Shown here: positions 38,231 to 48,810 of the stretch, in pieces
Layout: every line of letters begins with the position of its first letter
Position numbering within the stretch: position 1 is the first letter of the stretch
Assembly: GCA_028376655.1 (NCBI GenBank)
Contig: JAONAZ010000005.1
Coordinates: 1 to 60,876 of the forward strand
Length of the DNA stretch: 60,876 nucleotides
Source: Acidimicrobiia bacterium
Lineage (GTDB): Bacteria > Actinomycetota > Acidimicrobiia > Actinomarinales > Actinomarinaceae
Direction: 5' to 3'
Program-made: the position numbers and the translations under genes
Notes under the pieces: generated by a model
What the model was told of the DNA's origin: nothing
What the model saw: only the letters and a program-made list of their open reading frames with translations
The model's database searches: none

Positions 38231-39526
38231 ATGGAAATACAAACCTATATGACAGATAATCAAAAGAAGGTAATCGAACCTTCAAATGTTGTTGAACTAC
38301 CAGATGACATAAAACCAGAAGACTTTCCAGACTTACTCGAGCAAACACTTATTACATTTAATGACGGTGATGTTATTGAAGGTACTATTGTTCGCATTGA
38401 CAGGAATGAGGTTATGGTTGATGTAGGTTACAAATCAGAAGGTGTTATACCCTCCAGAGAACTGTCTGTTAGAAAATCAGTAAATCCGAAAGATCTTGTA
38501 AATGAAGGTGATAAAATTCAAGCTCTTGTATTAGATAAAGAAGACGATGAGGGGAGACTTATTCTCTCAGTTAAAAGAGCAATTTATGAAAAAGCTTGGG
38601 GAGATATACAAGAAATATCAGACAATGACAAATCTGTTAAAGGTACTGTAATTGAAAGCGTTAAAGGCGGACTAATTGTTGATATTGGGGTTAGAGGATT
38701 CCTTCCAGCATCACTTATCGACGTAAGAAGAGTAAAAGAGTTAACTTCTTATATTGGTGAAGAAATTGAAGCAAAAATTTTAGAACTTGATAGACAGAGA
38801 AACAATATCGTTCTTTCAAGGAAAGCACACCTTGAACAAGAGCAATCAGGAGAAAGAAAGAGTTTCCTCGAAAATCTTGAGGTTGGAAATACAAAAGAAG
38901 GAAAAGTATCTTCAATCGTAAATTTTGGGGCATTCGTTGATATAGGTGGTATGGATGGATTAGTTCATGTATCTGAATTATCTTGGAGACATGTAGAAAA
39001 TCCAAATGAAGTTGTTAAAGTTGGAGACACAGTAACAGTTAAAGTTCTTGAAATAGATAATGATAAAGAAAGAATTTCTCTTTCTATAAAGCAAGTTACA
39101 GAAGATCCTTGGCTTGATTTTGAACATCAATATAAAGAAAATGACGTAGTTGATGGTAATGTGACAAAAGTGGTACCTTTTGGTGCATTTGTTACGATTG
39201 GTAATGGTGTAGAAGGTTTAGTTCATGTCTCTGAGATTTCAGTAGATAAAGTAGATTCACCTGAATTAGCTCTTGCAATTGGACAAAAAGTTAAAATTAA
39301 AATAACAGAGTTAGACATTCCAAAAAGAAGAGTAAACCTTTCAATCAAACAAGCTGATCCTGAATGGAAAGATGTTGAAGTAAAGAAAAATGCTCCTAAA
39401 ACTCATTCTTCACAATCTGAGGAAAAAAAGGAACAAAAACAGGAACGTCAAACCGTTGAAGGTGTTGATGAGTCGTTAGAAAATATTCTTAAGGAACTAA
39501 AAGAAAGAGGAATAGGAAACTCCTAA
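38231..39526 (+). CDS. rpsA: 30S ribosomal protein S1
   Basis: Four S1 repeats (DVGYKSEG, GFLPASL, GLVHVSELSW, GLVHVSEIS) and an actinobacterial-type C-terminal tail. Confidence 0.97.
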   Translation: MEIQTYMTDNQKKVIEPSNVVELPDDIKPEDFPDLLEQTLITFNDGDVIEGTIVRIDRNEVMVDVGYKSEGVIPSRELSVRKSVNPKDLVNEGDKIQALVLDKEDDEGRLILSVKRAIYEKAWGDIQEISDNDKSVKGTVIESVKGGLIVDIGVRGFLPASLIDVRRVKELTSYIGEEIEAKILELDRQRNNIVLSRKAHLEQEQSGERKSFLENLEVGNTKEGKVSSIVNFGAFVDIGGMDGLVHVSELSWRHVENPNEVVKVGDTVTVKVLEIDNDKERISLSIKQVTEDPWLDFEHQYKENDVVDGNVTKVVPFGAFVTIGNGVEGLVHVSEISVDKVDSPELALAIGQKVKIKITELDIPKRRVNLSIKQADPEWKDVEVKKNAPKTHSSQSEEKKEQKQERQTVEGVDESLENILKELKERGIGNS

Positions 39527-39556
39527 TAATTCCTGATACTCTTTATCCTTAACCTT

Positions 39557-40123
39557 ATGAATTCTAGAGTAACCATTATCACAGGACCAATAGGGAGTGG
39601 AAAGTCTACTGCATGTAACTATATCCAAGAAAAAGGTATAGCAACCGCAGACTTAGATATTGTTTCAAATAATATATTGAATAGTGAAATTTCCTTAGAT
39701 TTTCTGAATACAAATTTTGCGGAATGCATTAATCAAAACAAAGTTGATAGAAAGTTGCTTGCAGAGATAGTTTTTACGAATCTAGATAAATTGAAAATAC
39801 TAGAGAGTTTTTTACATCCACTAGTTACAGATAAGGTAGCTACTCTGATACAGGAAACCGATGGAGATTTGTTTATTGAGGCTTCTGCTCCTAAAAATAT
39901 ATATAAGCTTTACCCAACAATTGTAATTTTTGCCAATGAAAAAATACGTAGAATAAGGCTTCAAAGTAGAGGGATGTCTTTAGAAGACATAGACAACAGG
40001 ATAAATACACAACCCGAGGAGTCATGGTGGAAATCTATCGGCACAGTTATTGAAAATACTTCTTTCTCTGATCTACAAGTACAAATTCAAAATCTTATTA
40101 ATTCCGAATATGAACAAATTTAA
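39557..40123 (+). CDS. coaE: Dephospho-CoA kinase
   Basis: TGPIGSGKST, DRKLLAEIVF, LHPLV; rpsA-coaE-uvrB synteny. Confidence 0.92.
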   Translation: MNSRVTIITGPIGSGKSTACNYIQEKGIATADLDIVSNNILNSEISLDFLNTNFAECINQNKVDRKLLAEIVFTNLDKLKILESFLHPLVTDKVATLIQETDGDLFIEASAPKNIYKLYPTIVIFANEKIRRIRLQSRGMSLEDIDNRINTQPEESWWKSIGTVIENTSFSDLQVQIQNLINSEYEQI

Positions 40124-42107
40124 AGTTATATCTGATTTCACCCCTCAGGGTGACCAGCCAAAAGCAATCCAAAATCTTAAAAATGGAGTTAAAAATAATT
40201 TAGACTATCAGACACTAATGGGTATTACTGGTTCAGGAAAATCTGCGACAATAGCTTGGCTTATAGAGGAGTTACAAATGCCTTCTTTAGTATTAGCACC
40301 CAATAAAGCTTTAGCTGCACAACTTGCAAATGAGTTTAAACAGTTTTTCCCTGAAAATAGAGTTGAGTACTTTGTTTCTTATTACGACTATTACCAACCA
40401 GAAGCTTATGTTCCAAGAACAGATACATTCATAGAGAAAGATTCGAATATAAATGAAGAGATAGATAGGTTGCGACATTCAGCTACAAGCGCGCTACTCC
40501 TGAGAAAAGATGTGATTGTAGTTTCCTCAGTTTCGTGCATATACGGTTTAGGGTCTCCACAAGAATATAAAAATAAGATAATACCACTTTTTAAAGGAGA
40601 GGAATTTGAGCTTGATCAGTTATTAGAGGAACTTATTCGCCAACAATACGTAAGGAATGATCTTGTAGTCACACGAGGAACTTTTAGATTAAAAGGGGAC
40701 ACTTTAGATATTTTTCCTGTTTACGAAGAAACAATATTTAGGATTGAATATTTTGGCGATGAAATTGAAAATATATTAAGAATAGACCCTGTAACCGGTG
40801 AAATACTAGAGAAACTAACTGAACTGGCAATTCTTCCAGCTTCTCATTATGTAACATCTGAGGATGTAATGAATAATGCATTAGAAAAAATCGAAAATGA
40901 TATGAATAAACAAATCAAAAAATTTGAAAAGGAAGATAAGCTATTGGAGGCACAAAGAATCAAACAAAGAACATTATTTGATTTAGAAATGCTTAAAGAG
41001 CTTGGAGTATGCTCTGGAATTGAAAATTACTCAAGGTATTTTGATGGAAGAAAACCAGGTGACGCACCTTATACGCTATTAGATTTTTTCCAAGAAGAAT
41101 TTTTAATGGTTGTTGATGAAAGTCATATTGCCATTCCTCAGATAAGGGGACAGTTTGCAGGTGATAAATCAAGAAAGACCACACTTGTTGATTATGGATT
41201 TCGACTACCTGCTGCGCTAGACAATAGACCATTAAAATTTGAAGAATGGCAAGGTAAGGTTAAAAATACTGTACTCGTGACTGCAACACCAGGTAAATGG
41301 GAAAATGCTAATTCACAAAATTTTGTTGAACAAATAATTAGGCCAACAGGACTTATTGATCCAAATATTATTATTAGACCAACTGAAAACCAAATAGAAG
41401 ATCTCTTAAAGGAAATAAATCAAGTTATCGCAAAAGGAAATCGAATCCTTGTAACTACACTTACAAAAAAAATGAGTGAGGCTTTGAGCGATTATTTTTT
41501 AAAGATGGGTATCAAGACTAGGTATCTCCATTCAGGTATAGATACTCTTGAAAGGATTGAAATTTTGCGTGACTTAAGAAAAGGAGAGTTTGATGTTCTA
41601 GTAGGTATCAATTTATTACGTGAAGGTTTAGATCTACCAGAAGTAGAACTTGTTGCAATTATGGATGCAGATAAAGAGGGATTTTTAAGATCAGAGACCA
41701 GTTTGATACAAACAATTGGCCGAGCTGCTCGTAATAAAGATGGTTATGTAATCATGTATGCAGATAGAAAAACGGATTCTATCTCTAAGGCAGTTTATGA
41801 AACAGAGCGTCGAAGAGAAATACAGATAGCTCATAATAAAAAATATGGAATTACTCCAACAACCATATCAAAAGAGATAACAGATATTCTAGAGATGGTT
41901 GAAAAAAACAGACCATCTAAACGTGAAATGGACTTCAAATCAAATATAGACTTGAGTAATGCTTCTAAACAAGACTTATACAAAATTTCTAAAAACATAG
42001 AAAAGGAAATGAAGGTTGCAGCAGATCTATTAGAGTTCGAATTAGCTGCTAGATTAAGAGACGAACTTAAAGAAATTAAAAAAGAAATTATGGAGTTACC
42101 GAGTTAA
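40110..42107 (+). CDS. uvrB: Excinuclease ABC subunit B
   Basis: GDQP, GITGSGKS, YYDYYQPEAY, DESH, GINLLREGLD, GRAAR, C-terminal UVR domain. Confidence 0.98.
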   Translation: MNKFKVISDFTPQGDQPKAIQNLKNGVKNNLDYQTLMGITGSGKSATIAWLIEELQMPSLVLAPNKALAAQLANEFKQFFPENRVEYFVSYYDYYQPEAYVPRTDTFIEKDSNINEEIDRLRHSATSALLLRKDVIVVSSVSCIYGLGSPQEYKNKIIPLFKGEEFELDQLLEELIRQQYVRNDLVVTRGTFRLKGDTLDIFPVYEETIFRIEYFGDEIENILRIDPVTGEILEKLTELAILPASHYVTSEDVMNNALEKIENDMNKQIKKFEKEDKLLEAQRIKQRTLFDLEMLKELGVCSGIENYSRYFDGRKPGDAPYTLLDFFQEEFLMVVDESHIAIPQIRGQFAGDKSRKTTLVDYGFRLPAALDNRPLKFEEWQGKVKNTVLVTATPGKWENANSQNFVEQIIRPTGLIDPNIIIRPTENQIEDLLKEINQVIAKGNRILVTTLTKKMSEALSDYFLKMGIKTRYLHSGIDTLERIEILRDLRKGEFDVLVGINLLREGLDLPEVELVAIMDADKEGFLRSETSLIQTIGRAARNKDGYVIMYADRKTDSISKAVYETERRREIQIAHNKKYGITPTTISKEITDILEMVEKNRPSKREMDFKSNIDLSNASKQDLYKISKNIEKEMKVAADLLEFELAARLRDELKEIKKEIMELPS

Positions 42108-44917
42108 TGTCTCAAGATTATTTAAAAGTAAAAGGCGCTAAAGAACATAATCTAAAAAATATCTCTCTTGATATTCCAAAGAATAAGTTTATTGTTATCA
42201 CAGGTTTATCAGGTTCTGGCAAATCTTCCCTTGCTTTTGATACTATTTATGCAGAAGGACAACGAAGGTATGTTGAAAGCTTATCTGCTTACGCTAGACA
42301 ATTCTTGGGTCAGATGGAGAAACCAGATGTCGAAAGCATTGAAGGACTATCTCCTGCCATAGCGATTGATCAGAAAACTTCATCTAGGAGTCCAAGGTCA
42401 ACAGTCGGAACAGTAACAGAGATTCATGATTATCTTCGTTTACTATGGGCCAGAATTGGGATAAGTTATTGTCCCATATGTGGTTCTAAGATTGAAAAAC
42501 AATCTGTAGATTTTATTGTTAATCAAGTCATGTCTCTAGGTGAAAATGTCGATATTGAGATTCTAGCTCCAGTTGTTAAATCTAGAAAAGGTGAATTCGA
42601 ATCACTTTTTAAAGATTTATTAAAGGATGGGTTTACTAGAGCATACATTGATGGAGAACTCATTAGACTTGATGAAGCCAAAAGATTAGATAAATATTTC
42701 AATCATGATATTTCAGTTCTTGTTGACAGGTTAAAAATAAAAAAAACAGCTGGAAGAAGATTACCTCAATCTGTTGAAACAGCCTTAAAGCTTACTGGCG
42801 GTACTCTCGATATAAAATTTAATGAGAATATCCAGAACTATAGTCAGAATTTAGGGTGTCTTGAATGTGGGACATCCTATGACAAACTTGAACCAAGAGA
42901 TTTTTCATTTAACTCACCTTTCGGTGCATGCAATACATGTAACGGCTTGGGAATCAATTATGAAATCGACGAAAAGCTCCTAATTAAAAATAGAGAGATA
43001 TCAATTAGTGAAAATGTATTTCCTGATATGTCGACCAGAAAATATTTTAGAGCACAGATTTACGGTGTTTGTGAGTTTTTTGAAATACCCATGGAAATTC
43101 CATATAAAGAATTGAGTGAAAATGACAAACATATTTTACTTAACGGTAGTGATGGAATAAAGACTCCAATTAGATATACAAATAGATTTGGAAATTCGAG
43201 AACTTGGGAGAGATCTTTCCCTGGTATAATTCCAATGTTTAAAAGATTATATGAAGAAACAACTTCTGACCATGCACGTGATTACTATATGCAATTTATG
43301 CGAGAACTTGCATGTGGAGGATGCGATGGAGAGAGATTGAATGAAAGATCTAGGATGGTCCAAGTTAAATCTTTAACTCTTGGACAATTTAATAAACTTT
43401 CCATAATAAAAGCTTATGACGTTGTTGGTAAGTTGAAACTAACTGGAAACTCTAAAGAAATAGCAGAAGCAATTTTAAGGGAAATAAAAGAAAGACTAAA
43501 TTTCCTAAATGAAGTCGGTTTAGGGTATCTGCAATTGAATAGAGGTGCAGCAACACTTTCTGGTGGAGAAGCTCAAAGAATTAGACTAGCAACACAAATA
43601 GGTTCAGGGTTAACTGGTGTATTGTATGTACTTGACGAGCCATCTATTGGGTTACATCAATCTGACAATAATAAACTTATCGAAACACTTATACGATTAA
43701 GAAATCTTGGAAATACTGTGTTGGTTGTGGAGCACGATGAAGAAACAATGAAACAATCTGATCACTTAATTGATATCGGGTGGGGAGCAGGAGAACAGGG
43801 TGGAAATATTGTTGCTTCAGGAACGTGGGAAGAGGTATCACGGGTTAAAAAATCAATTACAGGAAGATATCTATCAGGTAAGTTAAAAGTATCCTATCCA
43901 AAAGTAAGAAGATCGGGTAATAATTCAAAAATTGTTCTCAGAGGAGCTCAAGAAAATAATCTTAAAAACTTAACCGTCGAATTCCCTCTCGGAAAATTTA
44001 TTTCAGTAACAGGCGTATCCGGTAGTGGTAAATCAACACTTGTTACAGGAATCTTATCAAAAGCTATACAAAATGAGTTCACCAGGAAAAATTGGATTCC
44101 ACCGGGAATACATAAAAGTATTTCTGGACTTAATTATCTAGATAAGTTAATTGAAATTGATCAATCACCAATTGGTAGAACACCTAGATCTAATCCAGCA
44201 ACTTATTCAGGAGTATTTGACATGATTCGTAAGTTGTATTCAATGACTGAAGAATCAAAAATTAGAGGTTACAAACCTGGAAGATTTTCCTTTAATGTAC
44301 CCGGAGGAAGATGTGAAGTATGTAGGGGAGATGGAACGATAAAGGTTGAAATGTATTTTCTTCCAGATGTTTATGTTAAGTGTGAAGACTGTGACGGTTC
44401 AAGATATAATCCTGAGACATTGAGTATAAAATGGAAAGGGTATAGTATTTCTGATATTTTAAATTCAACTATTGAAAATGCTTTAAAAATATTTGAAAAC
44501 CAACCTTCAATATTCAAAATTCTTAAAACATTAGATGATGTAGGACTTTCATATATTACATTAGGACAAGCTGCAACAACACTTTCTGGCGGTGAAGCTC
44601 AAAGAGTTAAGTTAGCTAAAGAGTTGAGTAAACGTTCCACAGGAAAAACGATGTATATATTAGATGAGCCAACAACAGGGTTACATTTTGCAGATGTTCA
44701 AAAATTACTTGAAGTTCTTCATATGTTGGTTGATAAAGGAAATACCGTGGTTGTTATTGAGCATAATTTAGATGTTGTTAAAAATTCAGACTGGGTTATT
44801 GACCTTGGGCCAGAAGGTGGAGAAAATGGAGGAAAAATTGTAGCTTCTGGCACGCCAGAAAGTATCGTAAATGATAAACATTCCCTTACAGGTAAGTATC
44901 TAAAAAGTTTACTGTAA
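42107..44917 (+). CDS. uvrA: Excinuclease ABC subunit A
   Basis: Two ABC cassettes (GLSGSGKSS, GVSGSGKST, LSGGEAQR twice) and zinc fingers. Confidence 0.98.
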   Translation: MSQDYLKVKGAKEHNLKNISLDIPKNKFIVITGLSGSGKSSLAFDTIYAEGQRRYVESLSAYARQFLGQMEKPDVESIEGLSPAIAIDQKTSSRSPRSTVGTVTEIHDYLRLLWARIGISYCPICGSKIEKQSVDFIVNQVMSLGENVDIEILAPVVKSRKGEFESLFKDLLKDGFTRAYIDGELIRLDEAKRLDKYFNHDISVLVDRLKIKKTAGRRLPQSVETALKLTGGTLDIKFNENIQNYSQNLGCLECGTSYDKLEPRDFSFNSPFGACNTCNGLGINYEIDEKLLIKNREISISENVFPDMSTRKYFRAQIYGVCEFFEIPMEIPYKELSENDKHILLNGSDGIKTPIRYTNRFGNSRTWERSFPGIIPMFKRLYEETTSDHARDYYMQFMRELACGGCDGERLNERSRMVQVKSLTLGQFNKLSIIKAYDVVGKLKLTGNSKEIAEAILREIKERLNFLNEVGLGYLQLNRGAATLSGGEAQRIRLATQIGSGLTGVLYVLDEPSIGLHQSDNNKLIETLIRLRNLGNTVLVVEHDEETMKQSDHLIDIGWGAGEQGGNIVASGTWEEVSRVKKSITGRYLSGKLKVSYPKVRRSGNNSKIVLRGAQENNLKNLTVEFPLGKFISVTGVSGSGKSTLVTGILSKAIQNEFTRKNWIPPGIHKSISGLNYLDKLIEIDQSPIGRTPRSNPATYSGVFDMIRKLYSMTEESKIRGYKPGRFSFNVPGGRCEVCRGDGTIKVEMYFLPDVYVKCEDCDGSRYNPETLSIKWKGYSISDILNSTIENALKIFENQPSIFKILKTLDDVGLSYITLGQAATTLSGGEAQRVKLAKELSKRSTGKTMYILDEPTTGLHFADVQKLLEVLHMLVDKGNTVVVIEHNLDVVKNSDWVIDLGPEGGENGGKIVASGTPESIVNDKHSLTGKYLKSLL

Positions 44918-46726
44918 ATGGATAAAATCAAGACAAATGAAATTCCAGAAAATCCTGGTATCTATATATTTAAAGATAAATACAATGACCCTCTCTATGT
45001 AGGAAAAGCAAAAAATTTAAGGAAGAGAGTCCCTTCATACTTTCGTGAAAATACAACTTGGAAAATAAAACGATTAACAACTGAAGCAGTAGAAATCAGC
45101 TTTGTAACCTCAAAAAATGAAGCAGATGCTCTTTTAGCTGAGTATTCATTTATACAACAATATAAACCAAAATATAATGTTCGCCTTAAAGATGATAAAT
45201 CTTACCCATATGTAACTCTGACAAATGAGGAATGGCCGAGAGCATACGTCTCTCGAAAAATTAATTCTAATAATATTAACTTTGGACCATTTCCCTTTAT
45301 AGGAGCAGCAAGGAGATCACTCGATCACCTAATAAATATCTTTCCAGTTAGAACATGTTCAAAGAATGTATTTGAACGTCATCAAAAACTTAATAAACCA
45401 TGTTTACTTTATGATATCAATAAATGTTGTGGCCCCTGTATTGATGCTGCTCCAAAAGATAATTATGTAAAAATGTTGAAAAATATTAAAAATTTTTATT
45501 CTGGTAAATCTGATGTTTATGTTGATAATAAAATATCAGAAATGAAATCATTCTCAGAGAATCAAGAATATGAAAAAGCTAATGAGGCCAAGAAACTTAT
45601 TGACCATTTAGAGAATGCACGTTCAACACAAACACTAATGGTTTCAAACACTAAATCTGTTGATGTTATAGGCATTGACGTGAGTAATCTGGATGTCGTA
45701 ATATCTTGTTTGTTAATTCGTAGTGGAAGAATCATTGGAGAGGTAAAGAAAACATTTGAACCCATTGATACTAAAAAACATGATGAGTACTTACCTCAAA
45801 TAATCTTATCAATTTTTTCAGAAAATCAGCCATCCGAAGAGATACTTGTTAGCCATAGTTTTCCATATATAGACCTTATACAAGAGGAGCTTACAAAAAA
45901 ATGGGGTCGTAAAATAACATTAAAGACCCCAAAGCAGGGATGGAAAAAAGAGCTTTTAGATACAGCGATTATTGATGCTAAAGAACTTCGTAGAGTGGTT
46001 AACTTCAGAAGAAGAACTGATCTAGAGTTCAGAACAAGATCTTTAGAACAACTTAAAAATAAATTAAACCTTATTAGTATTCCTTATCGTATTGAAGCGT
46101 ATGATATCTCTAATTTAGGTCCTGACTATAGAGTAGGATCAATGGTTGTTATGGAAGATGGATTATCAAAACCATCAATGTATAGAAAATTTCATATCAA
46201 GTCATTTCAAGGACAAGATGATTTTAAATCAATGGAAGAAGTTATATTTCGAAGGCTTAAAAGATTAATAAAAGATTCTGAAAATGATCCAAGTTTTAGA
46301 AGAAAACCCGATCTAATACTTATTGATGGAGGAAAAGGTCAACTTTCATCTGCTAAGGGGGTTATAGACCATCTACAACTTGATATTGACATTGTAGGAC
46401 TTGCAAAAAGAGAAGAAGAAATATTTAAACCTTTTAGTAAGGAATCCATTTTATTAAATAAAAATTCTGAAGCTTTATTTACTTTACAAAACATAAGGGA
46501 TGAAGCACACAGGTTTGCAATTAATGAAAATAGAAGATTAAGAATTAAAAACTTTGATAAACAAACATTGTTAACTATCGAAGGTGTCGGAACAGTAAGT
46601 TCAAAAAAAGTATTAGATAAATTTAAAACAATGGAAAAGCTTTCTAATGCGACTTACGAAGAACTTGAAGAGATAGTTAGTCCCAACATTGCCAGAAAAA
46701 TATATAGACATTTTAACGGCACATAA
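44918..46726 (+). CDS. uvrC: Excinuclease ABC subunit C
   Basis: GIY-YIG (PGIY..YVGKAKNL), IEAYDIS, IDGGKGQ, RDEAHRFA, HhH. Confidence 0.97.
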   Translation: MDKIKTNEIPENPGIYIFKDKYNDPLYVGKAKNLRKRVPSYFRENTTWKIKRLTTEAVEISFVTSKNEADALLAEYSFIQQYKPKYNVRLKDDKSYPYVTLTNEEWPRAYVSRKINSNNINFGPFPFIGAARRSLDHLINIFPVRTCSKNVFERHQKLNKPCLLYDINKCCGPCIDAAPKDNYVKMLKNIKNFYSGKSDVYVDNKISEMKSFSENQEYEKANEAKKLIDHLENARSTQTLMVSNTKSVDVIGIDVSNLDVVISCLLIRSGRIIGEVKKTFEPIDTKKHDEYLPQIILSIFSENQPSEEILVSHSFPYIDLIQEELTKKWGRKITLKTPKQGWKKELLDTAIIDAKELRRVVNFRRRTDLEFRTRSLEQLKNKLNLISIPYRIEAYDISNLGPDYRVGSMVVMEDGLSKPSMYRKFHIKSFQGQDDFKSMEEVIFRRLKRLIKDSENDPSFRRKPDLILIDGGKGQLSSAKGVIDHLQLDIDIVGLAKREEEIFKPFSKESILLNKNSEALFTLQNIRDEAHRFAINENRRLRIKNFDKQTLLTIEGVGTVSSKKVLDKFKTMEKLSNATYEELEEIVSPNIARKIYRHFNGT

Positions 46727-46785
46727 AAGTACACCTCCGGAAAAAAAACTTCCATCTGATTAGTTGGGAACTACAATAAATAAAT

Positions 46786-47649
46786 ATGGTAACTAAAAGA
46801 CCCGAAGTATTATTACTCCTTGGTATGTCTGGAGCAGGGAGGTCTGCTAGCTCCAATGTATTTGAAGATCTTGGTTACTACGTAATTGAAAACTTGCCCC
46901 CTGAGTTAGTAGAGTCAGTTGTAGAATCTAACGATGTTGCCGAATCTAATAAACAACTAGTTTTAACTATTGATGCTAGAGATGGTTCAGCACAAAATGC
47001 CTTAAACAGAAGTCTTGAAAGATTAAGCCAATCAGGTGTATTAACAAGAATGATATTTCTAGATGCTAATAATGAAACACTCATTGAGCGTTATGAAGAA
47101 AATAGAAGACCCCATCCAATGGGTATGGATTCTCTTTCTCAGTCTGTTAAGAATGAAAGAGAACAATTAAAGCCTATAAAAGAACTTGCAGACCTTGTCA
47201 TTGATACCACTGACATGAATGTTCATGAATTACGTAAAAGAATAATAGAGGGTTTTCAAGGGGAGGCCACAAATCAAGAGCTTAAAATATCAGTAACTTC
47301 ATTTGGATTTAAAAATGGTGCACCTAGAGATGCAGATATTGTATTAGATGTGAGGTTTCTACCCAATCCTCACTGGAGAGAGGAGCTAAGAGCATCTACC
47401 GGTCAATCACCTATGGTAAGAAACTACGTACTTTCTTTTGAAGATGCTGAAATCTTTCTTGAGAAAACGAAAGATCTAATTGACTTCTTACTACCAAGAT
47501 TTACATCTGAAGGGAAGTCCTATGTAGGTATTGCAATAGGTTGCACTGGAGGTAAGCATCGAAGCGTTGTGATGACAGAAGAAGTTGGTGGTTGGTTAAT
47601 TAATGAAGGCAAAGATGCTGTAATCCTCCATCGAGATATGAAAGAATAA
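46786..47649 (+). CDS. rapZ: RapZ/YvcJ P-loop nucleotide-binding protein
   Basis: GMSGAGRS, RRPHP, SFGFKNG, DVRFLPNP, GCTGGKHRSV. Confidence 0.95.
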   Translation: MVTKRPEVLLLLGMSGAGRSASSNVFEDLGYYVIENLPPELVESVVESNDVAESNKQLVLTIDARDGSAQNALNRSLERLSQSGVLTRMIFLDANNETLIERYEENRRPHPMGMDSLSQSVKNEREQLKPIKELADLVIDTTDMNVHELRKRIIEGFQGEATNQELKISVTSFGFKNGAPRDADIVLDVRFLPNPHWREELRASTGQSPMVRNYVLSFEDAEIFLEKTKDLIDFLLPRFTSEGKSYVGIAIGCTGGKHRSVVMTEEVGGWLINEGKDAVILHRDMKE

Positions 47650-47651
47650 AT

Positions 47652-48806
47652 TTGTCTTCCGAAATAAAACTTGGAAATACACTTATACGTGCTGATTTAA
47701 ATGTACCAATTGAAAATAAAATAATTTTAGATAATTTTAGGATTATAAAGGCTATAGAACATTTAGAAGAAATTCGAAAAAAATCAAGAACAGTTACTTT
47801 CCTGAGTCACCTAGGAAGACCGCATGGAGTAGAATCAGAATTCTCCCTTGTACCCGTAGCAATGGAAATGTCTAAAATCCTAAATGAGGAGGTTATATTT
47901 ATCAACTCTGTTTATGGGTCGGAGGTTGGAAATAAAATCAACAATCAACCCGGTAAGATTTTCCTTCTAGAGAATTTAAGATTTCATAAAGAAGAATTAG
48001 AAAATAGCGAAAGTTTTGCTAAAAGAGTAACACAAAACTTTGATACATTTATCTTAGATGCCTTTGGCGCAGCTCATAGAAGACACTCGTCTATTGTTTC
48101 TTTTGGCAAATTTATTGAATCATATCAAGGTAAACTGATGACAAATGAAGTTGAAAATCTTCAGCTTCTTGTTAACTCACCTCAAAAACCCTTTACAGTC
48201 ATGCTTGGTGGAGCAAAGGTTTCTGATAAGCTTGAATTAATTAATAAACTTCTACCAATTGTTGATAATCTACTTATTGGAGGAGGCATGTGTTTTACTT
48301 TTCTGAAAGCTCTTGGAAATAATATTGGAAGCTCTCTATGTGAAGATGATTACTTAAATACAGCAAAAGAGTTACTGGAATCAGAAAATGGTCACAAAAT
48401 ACACTTACCATCGGATTTTGGAGTAACTAAATCTATAGATTCAGGCTTAAGAAAAGATAAATATATAACAGAATTTTCCAATGATGATATTGGTATTGAT
48501 ATTTCTAATAAAAGTATAAATACTTTCAAAACTATATTAAAAAACTCCAACACTGTTTTCTGGAATGGGCCTATGGGAATATTCGAAAAAGATAATTTTA
48601 AAATGGGTACTCAATCGGTAACTGAAATAGTTTCTAATCTGAATGCTTACACTGTTGTTGGTGGAGGAGATTCAGTAAGTGCAATTAGAAAATTTTCAGA
48701 TCCATCTAAATTTAATCATATTTCAACAGGTGGTGGGGCATCCCTAAAATATCTACAAGGTAATGAATTGCCAGGTGTAAATATTTATAAACCACTTATA
48801 CTTTGA
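47652..48806 (+). CDS. pgk: Phosphoglycerate kinase
   Basis: RADLNVP, SHLGRP, ENLRF, GGAKVSDK, WNGPMG, STGGGASL; TTG start. Confidence 0.96.
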   Translation: MSSEIKLGNTLIRADLNVPIENKIILDNFRIIKAIEHLEEIRKKSRTVTFLSHLGRPHGVESEFSLVPVAMEMSKILNEEVIFINSVYGSEVGNKINNQPGKIFLLENLRFHKEELENSESFAKRVTQNFDTFILDAFGAAHRRHSSIVSFGKFIESYQGKLMTNEVENLQLLVNSPQKPFTVMLGGAKVSDKLELINKLLPIVDNLLIGGGMCFTFLKALGNNIGSSLCEDDYLNTAKELLESENGHKIHLPSDFGVTKSIDSGLRKDKYITEFSNDDIGIDISNKSINTFKTILKNSNTVFWNGPMGIFEKDNFKMGTQSVTEIVSNLNAYTVVGGGDSVSAIRKFSDPSKFNHISTGGGASLKYLQGNELPGVNIYKPLIL

Positions 48807-48810
48807 AAAC

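Noticed and set aside
40040-40110. LexA/SOS box upstream of uvrB or uvrA
   Set aside because: No CGAAC-N4-GTTCG match seen by eye; genes are coupled to upstream ORFs
46727-46785. Short hairpins and A8 tract between uvrC and rapZ as terminator or phase-variation site
   Set aside because: Stems are only 4-5 bp; A/T homopolymers are common throughout and no frames are broken
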